DNA of 64,000 nt from an uncultured virus (IMG/VR IMGVR_UViG_3300044540_000317) (Duplodnaviria > Heunggongvirae > Uroviricota > Caudoviricetes), in the IMG/VR virus record IMGVR_UViG_3300044540_000317, one strand, 5' to 3'. Numbering within the stretch: the first letter of the stretch is position 1; the number at the start of each line of letters is the position of its first letter. The notes beneath the pieces were generated by a model. That model saw only the letters and a program-made list of their open reading frames with translations. It was not told where the DNA came from and ran no database searches. The position numbers were made by a program, and so were the translations under genes. Shown in pieces: positions 29,831 through 40,832 of the stretch.

Positions 29831-30403
29831 ATGGCCAAGCACGACTACCTGCAGGACCCCACGACGGGAAAGATGGCCGGCTCCGCCGCCGGTGCACGCC
29901 GTACCCCCTCCGCCCCCGCCGCTGCGCCCGTCGCGTTCCAGCCAGAGCCCGGCGCGAGCCCCGCTCGGGTCGCGTACCTCGCCGCGATGGAGGCCCGCGA
30001 GATCGCCCGCCATCACCGGAACGCCATGTCGGACCTTGTGACCCACCCATCCGGCCGCGGCGCCGACTACATCATCTTCTCCGCCGAAGGTCTCCCCGTC
30101 CGCACCGCCACCCTCGACGGCGAGTTCACCGCCCGGCACGGCGACCCCGCACTATTCGCCGCACTCGACGAACACGCCCCGTACATCACCGCCCACGAGG
30201 GCATGTTCGACGACGCCCGCATGTACGGCGGGCGGATCTCTCTCGATGCCGCCGAACGCGCCCTCCCGGTCCTCAAGCGATGCGGCATCGACGGATGCAT
30301 CTACCGAACCGGCCCCATCGGCAGCTACCCCCGCCATAGCCCCACCACCGGCTGCCACTACGGCGGCGTGCTGCGGCACTGCATGTGTTCCCGCTGCTTC
30401 TGA
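29831..30403 (+). CDS. Leader-tagged (type B) hypothetical protein with Cys-rich tail
   Basis: MAKHDYLQDPTTGKMAGS; GGAAGG SD; CGTTAG at 29770; ends HCMCSRCF. Confidence 0.78.
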   Translation: MAKHDYLQDPTTGKMAGSAAGARRTPSAPAAAPVAFQPEPGASPARVAYLAAMEAREIARHHRNAMSDLVTHPSGRGADYIIFSAEGLPVRTATLDGEFTARHGDPALFAALDEHAPYITAHEGMFDDARMYGGRISLDAAERALPVLKRCGIDGCIYRTGPIGSYPRHSPTTGCHYGGVLRHCMCSRCF

Positions 30404-30550
30404 GCTGACGGCTCCCACGTGCGGCCAGGTCACGCTCGTCAAGTGGCGAGACACGGCGCGACGAGAAGTAGCCGATAGTTCAGGGGAAGAAGCTTCTTCG
30501 CCTCGTACTGCGGTGACTTTCGCCGCTATCTCAAGAGGAACCGAACCGCC

Positions 30551-33500
30551 GTGAATACCACTATGCCCATTCCGGGTCGCCTTGCCTTGGCTGTCCGACG
30601 CACGCACCGCGCCCTCGCGGCGACACTGTCGCTCCTATTCATCGCGACAGCGCTCGCAGTCCTCACCCCGGCCGCTCCCGCTCGCGCAGACTCAACCCTC
30701 TCCCTGAGCTCGGAATCGTCCGGATCGATCCTCGCCGGCGAAACGACCACCATCGACATGGTCGCGACGAACATTAGCGCGGGCACAAATCTCTACAACT
30801 TGACGTTCACGCACGAGCTTCCGACGGGCGTGACGTACGTACCAGGCTCCACCGCCCCGACCCCGATCGGTAACCCTCGCATCATCGTCGTGACAACCAC
30901 GCCGGACCCACTGTTCCCCCTCGACACCGTCGACCACCAGGTCCTCATCTGGTCCAACGTGTCCGACCTTGTCGCCGGCTCCTCGTCGTCGCTGTCATTC
31001 GCAGTCCACGCCGACCCGACCCTCTACCCAGTGGGCTCCACCTTCGACAAGACTTCGAACGCATACGCCAACACTGACCCGCGATACCTGCCGAAATTCA
31101 ACCCCACCACCGGCGCAGCTATCACCGGAGCCACCAGCTACACGCACACGGACACGGTGTCGCCCCAGAACACCCAGGTTGCCGCTATCGACATCCAGAA
31201 GACGAACCCGAACCCAGAATCTGAACTCGTCCGCGGAGTCCACGCACAGACGAGCACGTTCACTATCACCGCTCGGAACACCGACCAGGCTGACACCGAA
31301 AGCGTCGTCATCGTCGACTACCTGCCCGCCGGTCTCGAGTTCCTCGGCTGCGGCGGCATCGACAACTCCTCGGCCCGCGAGTTCCCCGGAGCTCCCGCGC
31401 TCACCGCGACACCGACTCCCGCGAACTGCCTCACCCCGAACAGCGTGTCCACAGTCCTCGATCCGGCCGGGCAGCCGTCAGGTATCTACACGCGCATCGA
31501 ATGGCAGATCGGAACCCTGACCGCTGCGGCACCGACGAACGTCCGCACGATCCGATACGCCGTCGCCGTCCCCCTCTACGCGAACACGATGACGTTCCCG
31601 AGCGGCACGCCGACAGCTGCCAGCCTCACCCAGACGGCGAACCTGGATAACAACACCGGGTCGTCCACCCGCCACATTGGCGCGGCCGCGTCGTTCCGTA
31701 ACGCAGTCACCGCAACCGGAACCTACACCGGCCCGGTTGCGCCGACCGCGTCCAGCACGGTCACCTCCTCAGCGTCGAACACCGTCCGAGCAATGGACAT
31801 TGCCGTCACCACGACTGCCTCATCCTCAAACTTCGTCGCAGCTCAACCGTTCACCTACACGATGCTTGTCCGAACCGGCGAGTACGCCTCCGCATCCGCG
31901 ATCACCCTGACCGACACCGTCCCCAACGGCATTTGCCCCCTCGTTCCCGCCGGCACAACCATCTTCGGAACGCTCCCCCCGGACTGCGCCGCAGTCGGCA
32001 CCGTTTCGGGCGCGACGATCAACTCCGTCACAGCCAACCCTGACGGAACGTTCACCATCGACTTCGCAATCATCCCAGCAACACTCACACCGAACAGCAC
32101 GATCAATGTTCAGTACACCGCCCTGTTCCGAGCGAACTACACCGGCAGCGAAGACCCGACCGCCTCCGGCGACACCTTCGCCACGGGAACGTCCATCTCG
32201 GGGACCACCACCCCAGTCTCCGATACAGGTTTCACCACAACAGAGTTCGCCTTCGATGGGTCAGGCACTTCGCACGCCTCCTCGACTCCCACAATCGAGA
32301 AGCTCGTCCTGCCCCGTCAAGGCATCGCCAACGTCAACGAATGCCGAAACGCGTACGGCCAGTATGTTGCCGACGCCTCCACCATCCCCGGCGGCCAGTT
32401 CGTCCAAGGCGACCGGATCTGCTTCCAGCTGAAAATCAACTTCTCCGACACCGTCGACACCCGCAACGCACAAATCACCGACTTCGTACCCGTCGGAACG
32501 TCCTACGAGAGCTACACGCTCGGAACCCCGACGGAAGGCTCCACCGTCCCCGCCGGGCAAGTCTCCACCCCGAGCGACCCAGACGTACCCGTCTGGCGCC
32601 TCGGCGCGCCCCTTGGAACCAACCCGGACAACCTGTTCATCGCCCGCGGATCGGTGCTGGTCATGTTCGTGTCGGCGATCGTGGACGACCCCTCCCCGAC
32701 CACGTCCGTCGACATCACCGCCAACCTCATGAAGTACTCTCAGGAGAACACATCAGGGCAGGTGTACGCACTACGAGCGCAAGCCGACTTCGCCGTCGCC
32801 CCCGCCCCAACTCTCGGCATCACCAAGGGCATCAGTGCCGTCAACGGCTCCGCGAACACGCTCCCCTACCCCAGCTCAGGAACGCTCACCGGCGGCCAAT
32901 ATGCAGACTTCGTAATCGACGTCAACCATCAGGGCAGTCAGGCGGCCGGCAACGATCAAGACATCACCGAACACACCGTTTGGGATGCCCTCCCCGAACC
33001 GCTCACCTGCGCCAACATCACCAATATCAGCGCCGCAGGAACATGCACGGACAACTTCGCAGGTTTCGCAGGCAGCGCGAACGTTGGCCGTAGCGCAATC
33101 ACCTGGACCGTCGCTACCACTCTCACCGCCGGCTCTGTCGCCGACAGCCTCACCTACCGCGTCACGCTACCCAGCCCAGGCCTAACCCCCGACACGGACT
33201 ACATCAACGCCACATCCGTCACCTCATACCGCATCGACACAACTTCAGGTAGTAGCGCCTTCTACCCCGAGGACTCCCTCGACCTCGGCGCCCAAACGTC
33301 ATGGAACGTCGCCGCAGCGAACGCAACAGCCACCATCACCACGCCAGCCGTCACCGTTGCGAAGAGCTACACCACACCAGCCGTCACCTCCGCGAACACG
33401 GCAACAAACGCCGTCGCCGGTGAACTGATCACGTACACGTACTCAGTCACCATCCCGGCGCGCACCACCGTCTACAACGCCACCCTCGACGACTCGCTCC

Positions 33501-36500
33501 CCGCCAACCTCGTCAGCCTGCCGAGCACCACAACGTCCACGACAGTCCCGAACGGGGTCACGACCTACACGGCAGGCGTCGGCTACTCAACCGCGTTCGA
33601 AGCGAGCTACACCAACAACACCGACACCGCTCAAACGTTCACCACCACTCTCGTCGGCGTGCAGGTAGCCCCAGCGTTCACCGGCACGAGCATCGCCAAC
33701 ACGGCCACATTCCGCAGCGACAGCGCCCCGACCGGCGGCACCGCCCTCACCCCGGTGACGGCCACATCAACCCTTCCGGTCATTCGCCCGCGCCCGACCA
33801 TCTCCAAGACGGTCACCCCGTCAACGGTCTCTGCTGGCCAGACGGTCACGTACACGCTCACCGCAAACAACACAGCGGGAAACCCTGCGGGATACGACAG
33901 CATCATCATCGACTGTCTCCCGACCGCGATCACCTTCCTCGCCGACGTCACACTGCCGTCAGGAGTTACTCGCAACGCCCCCACGCCGGGAACCGGAACG
34001 GGGGCGGGTCAGAACGGCTGCGCCAACACGACCAACCTCATCCAGTACAACCTTGGAACAATCAACCCCGCCACCCCGATCGTCATTCAGTTCTCAGCCA
34101 CCGTTAGCCCCACCGCCGCCGGCCTTGCAACCCAGACCAACACGGCACGGGTTCTCACCTCCACGCTTGACAATGGAACCCGCGACGCAACTATCGAAGG
34201 CCTCTTCACATCAACGACCGCGAACGCGACCACCACAGTCACTGGCGCCACAGTAACGAAGACGACGACCGCACCCACCGCAACCGTCGGCGGGACAGTC
34301 CCCTACACCATCACCGCCACAATCCCCGCCTCGGTGAACTTCTGGAACGCAGCCGTCATTGACACAGTCCCCGCCGGGATCCTCCTCAATCAAGCGACCA
34401 CCGTCGTCACCTGCACTGTGGCCGTGACGCTTGCGGACTGCGCGGCCGACCTCCCGGCAGGCGGCGCACCCCTGACCGCAACATCCACCCAAGCTGGCTG
34501 GTACCTCGGCAGCATCACCGCGAACCCGGCCGTCCGAACGGTCACAATCACAGTCGACGCAACCGTCCGCGACACGCCTGGCAACGTCCTCGGCGGAACG
34601 CTAACGAACACAGCCAAACTCTCCTGGAGGAACGCCGCCGGTAGCGCGCCAGCGAATGCCGGCTCCACGTTCGACCGCAGCACAACGGTCAACGCCGGCT
34701 CCACCGCCGTGACAACCATCCAAGAGCCGCAGCTCTCCATCACGAAGACGAACTCCGACACGACCCCCAACCCGGGCGACACGTTCACCTACACGGTTCG
34801 AGCGACCAACGCGAACAACGCAAACACTTCAACTGCATACAACGTCACCGTGACCGACACAGTCCCCACCGGTGTTGTCGTCAACCCGAGCTCAATCGGC
34901 AACGGCGGAACCATTGCCGGCGCCGGAGCAAACGGTGGAGGCGTCATCACCTGGCCGAACCTCACCATCGCCCGCAACGTTCAACTCGACCTCACCTACG
35001 AGGCAACCCTCGCCCCATCCCCGAGCCTGACGGCCGCCGCACTAACCAACACGGCACGGATCACCACTTACGCATCCCTACCGTCCGGGGGGCGCACCTA
35101 CACGAACCCCGTACCGACCGCCACGTCGACCGTCACGCCGCAGTTCCCCTCGGTGGACATCTCTAAGGCCACCCCCGGCGGCACGCTCGCTTACGCCGGA
35201 ACTCCCTTCACCTGGCGCCTCACTCTCGCGAACGACACCGACGCCGCACCGACCGCAGGCGCCTCAGTCGCAGACGTGCTCCCCAAGCACTGGAACTACG
35301 TCACAGGTTCCGCACTCGTCACCGTCGGCTCGTCTACGACCCAGATTGACCCGTCGGTAGCGACCGTCAACAACGTCCAGACGCTCACGTGGGCAACCCT
35401 GGGCGGCATCGACCCCGGTGGGACAATCCTCATCACCTATCAGGCCACGCCCGCGACCGACGCCCTCGTCGACCCCGGCTCGGGTACTTCCATCCCCCAC
35501 ACCAACACATTCTCGGCCGTAGCAACCGACGCGACCGCCGCGACCGGAAATGCGACCGGAAACTACGCAGCAGGACCCGCCTCGGCCAACGCCTTCATCG
35601 CATCAGCTGACCTCTCCGTCACGAAGGCGAGCCCAGGAACCCTCATCGCAGGCCAGACCACATCGAACGCTTGGACCATCACCGTCCGGAACGCGGCCGG
35701 TTCGGATGTCGCCGTCGGGCCCTTCCAGGTAGTCGACACGGTAGATGCGCTACCGGCGGGTGTCACAGTCGGCCAGCCGGCAGGTAGCGGCTGGAGCTGC
35801 ACTGCACCGACCGTCGACGGCGACTTCACCTGCACGCGCACCGACGCCAACGACACCCTCGCCGAAGGAGCATCCTTCCCGGCAATCGCCGTTCCAGTCT
35901 CCGTCGCAGCCGACGTACCCGCCGCGACCGAAATCCTGAACACCGTGTCCGCCACGGCCCGAACGTCCGACCCGAACCTGGCGAACAACTTCGACGACGC
36001 CATCCAGACGACCACCGTTCAGTCTGACCTGGCGATCGGGAAGTCGACCTCGGGGACGCTCCTCGCCGGACAGACAGCGACCTGGCAAATCGACGTCCGC
36101 AACCTGGGCAGCTCGGTAACCAGCGGCATCACCACCGTCACCGACACGATCCCCGCAGGCGTCACCAACGTCTCCGCTTCCGGGATCGGGTGGAGCTGCG
36201 CGCCGCCCGCAGCAGGAAACCTTGTCTGCCAAACGTCGACGTCGTTCCTAGGTTTCGCGCCAGCCTTGATTGTTACCGGAGACATCGACTCGAGTGTCAC
36301 CGGGGATGTGACGAACGTTGCAACCGTCACCGGCATCAACCCTGACCCGACGCCGTCAAACAACACCGCCTCCACGACCGACCCGGTCGGCACGGACACG
36401 ACACTCCTGCTGCAGAAGTCGCTCGATAGTGGGACCGTGATCGCAGGGAACACCGTCCAATACCGACTTGACGTGAACAACGCAGGCCGCGCCGACGCGC

Positions 36501-38857
36501 GCAACGTCATCATCGTCGACCCGCTCCCGAACGGGCTCACCTTCGCCGGCAACGTCACATCGATCGTCGGCACATGGTCATGCACGGAAACGAACTCGAC
36601 GCCTTCCACGGTCACCTGCATCCTGTCCGGAACCCTGCCCGCGTCGGGGTCAGACACCGCATCCGTCTCGTTCGCAGCGCTCGTGCCCTCTAGCCTGCCG
36701 CTCGGCACACAAGTGGAGAACACCGCCACCGCTTCCGCGGACAATGCGACAGATGTCAGCGACTCCGCCACCGGGGAACCGCTCGGCGAAAGCGACCTCG
36801 CGCTCGTGAAAGCCCTCACCTCCTCGTCGCCGGTCGCTGGAGGCACGGCCACGTACCGGCTCGACGTCACCAACTACGGCCCGACCGACAACGTCGGCAG
36901 CATCACCGTCACCGAAACTCCGCCCGCCGGGTTCCGAATCACCGCCATCGCCGGTTCGGGTTGGACATGCTCCACCATTGCCGGAGGTGCGTCAGCGACC
37001 TGCTCGTGGGACACCGGACTGGTAGCCAACGCGTCCGCAACCGCCATTACCGTGACGGCAACGATCGCGCCCAGCGTGTCGGCCGGCGAGCACATCAACA
37101 CCGCGTCCGCTGCCGGCATCAGCGACTACGCCGACCCGAACCTGGCCAATAACACCGACGACGCCGCCGCAACCGTCTCCACAGACTCGGCGCTCACGAT
37201 CGTCAAATCAGGTGAAGCGACCCTCATTCCCGGAACGGCGACGTCGTACACGATCACCGTCACAAACGCCGGCCCCTCCAACGCGACCGATGTCCTCCTC
37301 GCAGACCTGCTCCCCCCGGGCATCACCGCGACCGCACTCACCGGCTCCGGCTGGTCCTGCTCCCTCGCAACCGCAACGTGTGAGATCGCGTCCCTTCCAG
37401 TCGGTTCCAGCAGTATCCTTGTCGACGCAACAGTTGCCGCGAACGTTGCGGACGGAGCTCAGCTCACCAACACGGCGACAGTCGAGTGGGGGGATTCGTC
37501 CGGCCGGGACTCCGCCACCGCAGACTTCACGGGGACAGCGGCAACCTCCGCCGACTTGTCGCTCGTCAAGACCGCCACTTCCCCCGAAGCGACCGCCGGT
37601 ACGACGGGCACCTATGAGCTGTCAGTCGCGAACAACGGCCCCTCGGACGCAAGCGGTCCGATTGTCATCACCGACACCCTTCCGGCCGGACTGACCTACG
37701 TTAGCGCCACATCGGCCGGAGACGTCTGGACATGCGCGCCTCTCGCCGGCGACCCGCAGATCGTCGAATGCACCCTCCCCGACGGGATTGCTGCCACAGG
37801 CACAGCTCCGCTGCTCACGATGGAGGTCCTCTTCGCGGCAAACCACGCCGGCGGCGACACGATCAACATCGCATCCGTCGACTCCCCAACCGATGACCCC
37901 AACCCGGCCAACGACAGCAGCACCGCCACCGTGACCGTCAATCAGAGGGTCGACCTGGCCGTCACCGAGACGCTCCTCGACGGCACCGTCCGAATCGGGA
38001 ACACGGTCACGTTCGGCTACGAAGCGACCAACAACGGCCCCTCCGCAGCTAACGACGTCTCTGTGCGCATCCTTCTCCCTGCCGGCCTCGCAGATGTTGA
38101 TACGGCTGGTTCCGACCCTCGATGGTCGTGTCAAATCTCTACCGTTTCCGGTAGCAATCTGACCGAGATCGTGTGTCTGCTCTCGGGAACATTGGGGGTG
38201 GGCGAAACCGCACCGCCGCTCACCGCATCCGCCCGCATCGAGGCGATCGGCTTCCCCGAGCTCATCACCGAGGTGACCGTCGAAACGCCTGCGCAAGAAA
38301 TCACTTACGTGAACAACGCAGACGGCCACGCCTACCCGGTACCGCCCCTCGTTGGCCTCAACATTGCCAAGACGAACAACGGGCCGGTCCAAGCAGGGGA
38401 ACAGGCCCACTACATCATCACCGTCACGAATCTTGGTCTCACGTCAGCGCCTGACGGATTCACCGTCATCGACACACTGCCTGAAACTCTCACCTTCCGT
38501 TCCGCCGAAGGTGGAGGTGCGGCATGCTCAGCTAGCGGACGAGTCGTCACCTGTCTGTTCACTGATGAACTTGCCGTGAACGCTTCTGTGTCGGTCAACA
38601 TCTACGTCAATGTTGCCCTCTCCGCAGTCGGCGCGATCACGAACACCGCTGCCGTCTCGACTGACAACGAGAACCTGAGCGGCTCAACCGTTGTCGCCTC
38701 AAACACGGTCATCGCTTCCGCTCCGGCACCAGGCCGGCTGTCGACCGCCGGAGCTTCCGCTCTGACGGGGACAATCGCGCTCCTTGCGGTGAGCGCGCTG
38801 ATAGTCGGGTCCGCCCTCCTCATCATGGGCCGAAGGCGGCGTCGACACGTCGCGTGA
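30551..38857 (+). CDS. Giant cell-surface protein (2768 aa) with DUF11/isopeptide-type Ig repeats and sortase-like anchor
   Basis: Signal peptide (APARA); repeated DLxxxK...G..xTYTITVTNxGPS...DxLPxG...WSC...NTA units; C-terminal LSTAG, TM helix, RRRRRH. Confidence 0.9.
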   Translation: MNTTMPIPGRLALAVRRTHRALAATLSLLFIATALAVLTPAAPARADSTLSLSSESSGSILAGETTTIDMVATNISAGTNLYNLTFTHELPTGVTYVPGSTAPTPIGNPRIIVVTTTPDPLFPLDTVDHQVLIWSNVSDLVAGSSSSLSFAVHADPTLYPVGSTFDKTSNAYANTDPRYLPKFNPTTGAAITGATSYTHTDTVSPQNTQVAAIDIQKTNPNPESELVRGVHAQTSTFTITARNTDQADTESVVIVDYLPAGLEFLGCGGIDNSSAREFPGAPALTATPTPANCLTPNSVSTVLDPAGQPSGIYTRIEWQIGTLTAAAPTNVRTIRYAVAVPLYANTMTFPSGTPTAASLTQTANLDNNTGSSTRHIGAAASFRNAVTATGTYTGPVAPTASSTVTSSASNTVRAMDIAVTTTASSSNFVAAQPFTYTMLVRTGEYASASAITLTDTVPNGICPLVPAGTTIFGTLPPDCAAVGTVSGATINSVTANPDGTFTIDFAIIPATLTPNSTINVQYTALFRANYTGSEDPTASGDTFATGTSISGTTTPVSDTGFTTTEFAFDGSGTSHASSTPTIEKLVLPRQGIANVNECRNAYGQYVADASTIPGGQFVQGDRICFQLKINFSDTVDTRNAQITDFVPVGTSYESYTLGTPTEGSTVPAGQVSTPSDPDVPVWRLGAPLGTNPDNLFIARGSVLVMFVSAIVDDPSPTTSVDITANLMKYSQENTSGQVYALRAQADFAVAPAPTLGITKGISAVNGSANTLPYPSSGTLTGGQYADFVIDVNHQGSQAAGNDQDITEHTVWDALPEPLTCANITNISAAGTCTDNFAGFAGSANVGRSAITWTVATTLTAGSVADSLTYRVTLPSPGLTPDTDYINATSVTSYRIDTTSGSSAFYPEDSLDLGAQTSWNVAAANATATITTPAVTVAKSYTTPAVTSANTATNAVAGELITYTYSVTIPARTTVYNATLDDSLPANLVSLPSTTTSTTVPNGVTTYTAGVGYSTAFEASYTNNTDTAQTFTTTLVGVQVAPAFTGTSIANTATFRSDSAPTGGTALTPVTATSTLPVIRPRPTISKTVTPSTVSAGQTVTYTLTANNTAGNPAGYDSIIIDCLPTAITFLADVTLPSGVTRNAPTPGTGTGAGQNGCANTTNLIQYNLGTINPATPIVIQFSATVSPTAAGLATQTNTARVLTSTLDNGTRDATIEGLFTSTTANATTTVTGATVTKTTTAPTATVGGTVPYTITATIPASVNFWNAAVIDTVPAGILLNQATTVVTCTVAVTLADCAADLPAGGAPLTATSTQAGWYLGSITANPAVRTVTITVDATVRDTPGNVLGGTLTNTAKLSWRNAAGSAPANAGSTFDRSTTVNAGSTAVTTIQEPQLSITKTNSDTTPNPGDTFTYTVRATNANNANTSTAYNVTVTDTVPTGVVVNPSSIGNGGTIAGAGANGGGVITWPNLTIARNVQLDLTYEATLAPSPSLTAAALTNTARITTYASLPSGGRTYTNPVPTATSTVTPQFPSVDISKATPGGTLAYAGTPFTWRLTLANDTDAAPTAGASVADVLPKHWNYVTGSALVTVGSSTTQIDPSVATVNNVQTLTWATLGGIDPGGTILITYQATPATDALVDPGSGTSIPHTNTFSAVATDATAATGNATGNYAAGPASANAFIASADLSVTKASPGTLIAGQTTSNAWTITVRNAAGSDVAVGPFQVVDTVDALPAGVTVGQPAGSGWSCTAPTVDGDFTCTRTDANDTLAEGASFPAIAVPVSVAADVPAATEILNTVSATARTSDPNLANNFDDAIQTTTVQSDLAIGKSTSGTLLAGQTATWQIDVRNLGSSVTSGITTVTDTIPAGVTNVSASGIGWSCAPPAAGNLVCQTSTSFLGFAPALIVTGDIDSSVTGDVTNVATVTGINPDPTPSNNTASTTDPVGTDTTLLLQKSLDSGTVIAGNTVQYRLDVNNAGRADARNVIIVDPLPNGLTFAGNVTSIVGTWSCTETNSTPSTVTCILSGTLPASGSDTASVSFAALVPSSLPLGTQVENTATASADNATDVSDSATGEPLGESDLALVKALTSSSPVAGGTATYRLDVTNYGPTDNVGSITVTETPPAGFRITAIAGSGWTCSTIAGGASATCSWDTGLVANASATAITVTATIAPSVSAGEHINTASAAGISDYADPNLANNTDDAAATVSTDSALTIVKSGEATLIPGTATSYTITVTNAGPSNATDVLLADLLPPGITATALTGSGWSCSLATATCEIASLPVGSSSILVDATVAANVADGAQLTNTATVEWGDSSGRDSATADFTGTAATSADLSLVKTATSPEATAGTTGTYELSVANNGPSDASGPIVITDTLPAGLTYVSATSAGDVWTCAPLAGDPQIVECTLPDGIAATGTAPLLTMEVLFAANHAGGDTINIASVDSPTDDPNPANDSSTATVTVNQRVDLAVTETLLDGTVRIGNTVTFGYEATNNGPSAANDVSVRILLPAGLADVDTAGSDPRWSCQISTVSGSNLTEIVCLLSGTLGVGETAPPLTASARIEAIGFPELITEVTVETPAQEITYVNNADGHAYPVPPLVGLNIAKTNNGPVQAGEQAHYIITVTNLGLTSAPDGFTVIDTLPETLTFRSAEGGGAACSASGRVVTCLFTDELAVNASVSVNIYVNVALSAVGAITNTAAVSTDNENLSGSTVVASNTVIASAPAPGRLSTAGASALTGTIALLAVSALIVGSALLIMGRRRRRHVA

Positions 38858-38942
38858 CGGCCGGCGTTAGAGCTCAACTATTGGCCGCCGCCCGGAACTC
38901 AGATCGACTGCCGGGCGACGCGACCTCGAAGGGGGAAGCTTC

Positions 38943-39422
38943 ATGCTCAACCGAAACCGTCAACTCCGCCGGGACCGTCAAGGGCGTTTCGCCCGCTCGC
39001 ATGCTGTCGCGACCGCGACCCCGAACACCCCCTTCCCGGCACCCACCCTCCTCCCGGCGGCGTTCGACTCACCTCGCGCAGCGTTCCAGGCCGAGCTCGA
39101 AGCTCACCTGGCTCGGGCGACCGCCAAAGCGATCCGCGAGCTGACCGCATTCGAGACCTACGAGGGGCCTCATCTCATCGTGACCGTACGGACACCTTCC
39201 AGCACCGCTCGCGTTTCCGAGATGGAGGAAGGGATCTGGGAGGCGGTCACGTCACCGCATACCGTCGGCGCCGCACCGCAGCTCGGCGGACCTTTCCGCA
39301 CCAAAGCCGAAGCTCGATCCTGGGCCGAGAGGACCGCGCTCGACGTCCACGTCGCTCGCACTCATGAGCGAGTCATCGCCGCAGCCCTTGACGGTCTACG
39401 CGCCGGTTCCGCTCACGCCTGA
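38943..39422 (+). CDS. Leader-tagged hypothetical protein (RRDRQGRF)
   Basis: MLNRNRQLRRDRQGRFARS plus Pro linker; GAAGGGGG SD; CGTTAG at 38865. Confidence 0.72.
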   Translation: MLNRNRQLRRDRQGRFARSHAVATATPNTPFPAPTLLPAAFDSPRAAFQAELEAHLARATAKAIRELTAFETYEGPHLIVTVRTPSSTARVSEMEEGIWEAVTSPHTVGAAPQLGGPFRTKAEARSWAERTALDVHVARTHERVIAAALDGLRAGSAHA

Positions 39423-39445
39423 AACGCTCGCCGGAGGAAGCCGGC

Positions 39446-40270
39446 TCAGGCGAGCAGTCCCGCAACCGCCAACCGGTGTGCCACCTGCGAATGCAGATCC
39501 TCCACCGCGCCACTATTGTGCAGAACCGCGTCAAACGGCCAACCGTCCAGAGCCGTCTCGCTCGGGTGATCGTTCGCAGGCCCCCTGCCCGGACGAACCA
39601 CCCGCCACACCTGCCCACCGAAACGCTTCACGGCGGCGGCTTCGTTCGGGAAGCGCGCGTCGGTCACGAACACTCGCGCACCATCGGGCAGGTCTCGGTA
39701 TACCGCGTCAACCCAAACATCTTCGTAGAGCAGGTCACGGGACGCCTCCGCACCCATCCGCTGCATGAGCGGACGCATCTGCGGGACCGCGTTCTTCGCA
39801 CCTTCCCACCCGAGCTCGTCAACAAGATCGCGGACGGTCTTCCCCTCGACAACGATCGGGTTCAGGCGATACAGCGCCTCTCGAATGAGGTCCCCTGCGC
39901 TGATGCGTAGCCAACCTTCAGCTGCGAGCACAGCTCCGGCAGTGTCCTTACCTGACTGGCCATACCCAGACAAGGCAATCACGGTCAGCCGCGGCACCAA
40001 CTTGCCTGAAACCAAGGCGAGCACGGGGCGCTCGAGCTTCTCGGCCACCCGAACCACTTCGACCGAGACCGGATCTTCCCGCCAGCCGGGCAGGACGACG
40101 ACGCCCTCCAAGGTGCAGACGGCCTGCAGTGCCTGGCCCAACAGCTCCTGCGGCGACGAACCGCTCGAGTCCAAGCGGACGGCGACGTGCCGCCCACCCG
40201 CAGTCACAACGTCAAGAGCGTTCGCCAAGTCCTCAGCAGTCTGCGTCGTTCCAGTAACGAGGAGTTGCAC
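39446..40270 (-). CDS. Deoxynucleoside monophosphate kinase (phage type) with DUF4406-like N-terminal domain
   Basis: IALSGYGQSGKDT, RPLMQRMG, VTDARFPNE, HPSETALD; N-terminal VVVLPGW. Confidence 0.85.
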   Translation of the reverse strand: MQLLVTGTTQTAEDLANALDVVTAGGRHVAVRLDSSGSSPQELLGQALQAVCTLEGVVVLPGWREDPVSVEVVRVAEKLERPVLALVSGKLVPRLTVIALSGYGQSGKDTAGAVLAAEGWLRISAGDLIREALYRLNPIVVEGKTVRDLVDELGWEGAKNAVPQMRPLMQRMGAEASRDLLYEDVWVDAVYRDLPDGARVFVTDARFPNEAAAVKRFGGQVWRVVRPGRGPANDHPSETALDGWPFDAVLHNSGAVEDLHSQVAHRLAVAGLLA

Positions 40271-40288
40271 GAATGAGCCTTCCGCCGA

Positions 40289-40316
40289 CGATGGGTTCGA
40301 TTAATGCAACCCATCG
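40289..40316. terminator. Inverted repeat between the 40350 gene and the dNMP kinase gene
   Basis: CGATGGGTT-N10-AACCCATCG; overlaps a minus-strand CCGATG. Confidence 0.4.
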
Positions 40317-40349
40317 GCCCGCCGGAGCCACCGCGAGACCGGACGGTCG

Positions 40350-40832
40350 TTACCCCCAAACGAGCTGGAGCTTGCGGTCGGCGGCGTACTGCGCCACCGT
40401 CCGCAACGCGCCAAGCTGGACCTGCGCATATCCTTCCGGGCGGCCGCACTCGACGAAGTTCCCCACGCGAACGGCGGGAACGCCAGCGTCAACCGGGGCG
40501 ACAGCGAGCGCCACGAGAACGCGACCGAGGAAGTCCTCGCCCGACATGCTCCCCGCGCAGCGGTCTTCGAAGCGGTCACCGACGCGAATGCCGAGCACGT
40601 CGAGGATCTCGGCCGCGTTGTGGTTCGAGACGTTCACGTCCGGGGCGGCGTTCACCTCGACGATGGCGAAGAACTCGCAGTAGGGGTTCTTGCACCCGTT
40701 GCGGGCGCCCGCGACTGCCGCCTGGTACGCCGAACGGTAGTCGGGGTACTGCCCGACCGGAGCGGCGCCGTTGCACGGGCACCCGATCTGGTGCGGCCCG
40801 TCAACAAACTCCGGGCTAAACGTAACCGACAT
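40350..40832 (-). CDS. Hypothetical protein
   Basis: GAGAGGGAG SD; CPC...CKNPYC, VNVSNHNA; TGTCGG-N10-GACAGT upstream (40861-40882). Confidence 0.7.
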   Translation of the reverse strand: MSVTFSPEFVDGPHQIGCPCNGAAPVGQYPDYRSAYQAAVAGARNGCKNPYCEFFAIVEVNAAPDVNVSNHNAAEILDVLGIRVGDRFEDRCAGSMSGEDFLGRVLVALAVAPVDAGVPAVRVGNFVECGRPEGYAQVQLGALRTVAQYAADRKLQLVWG

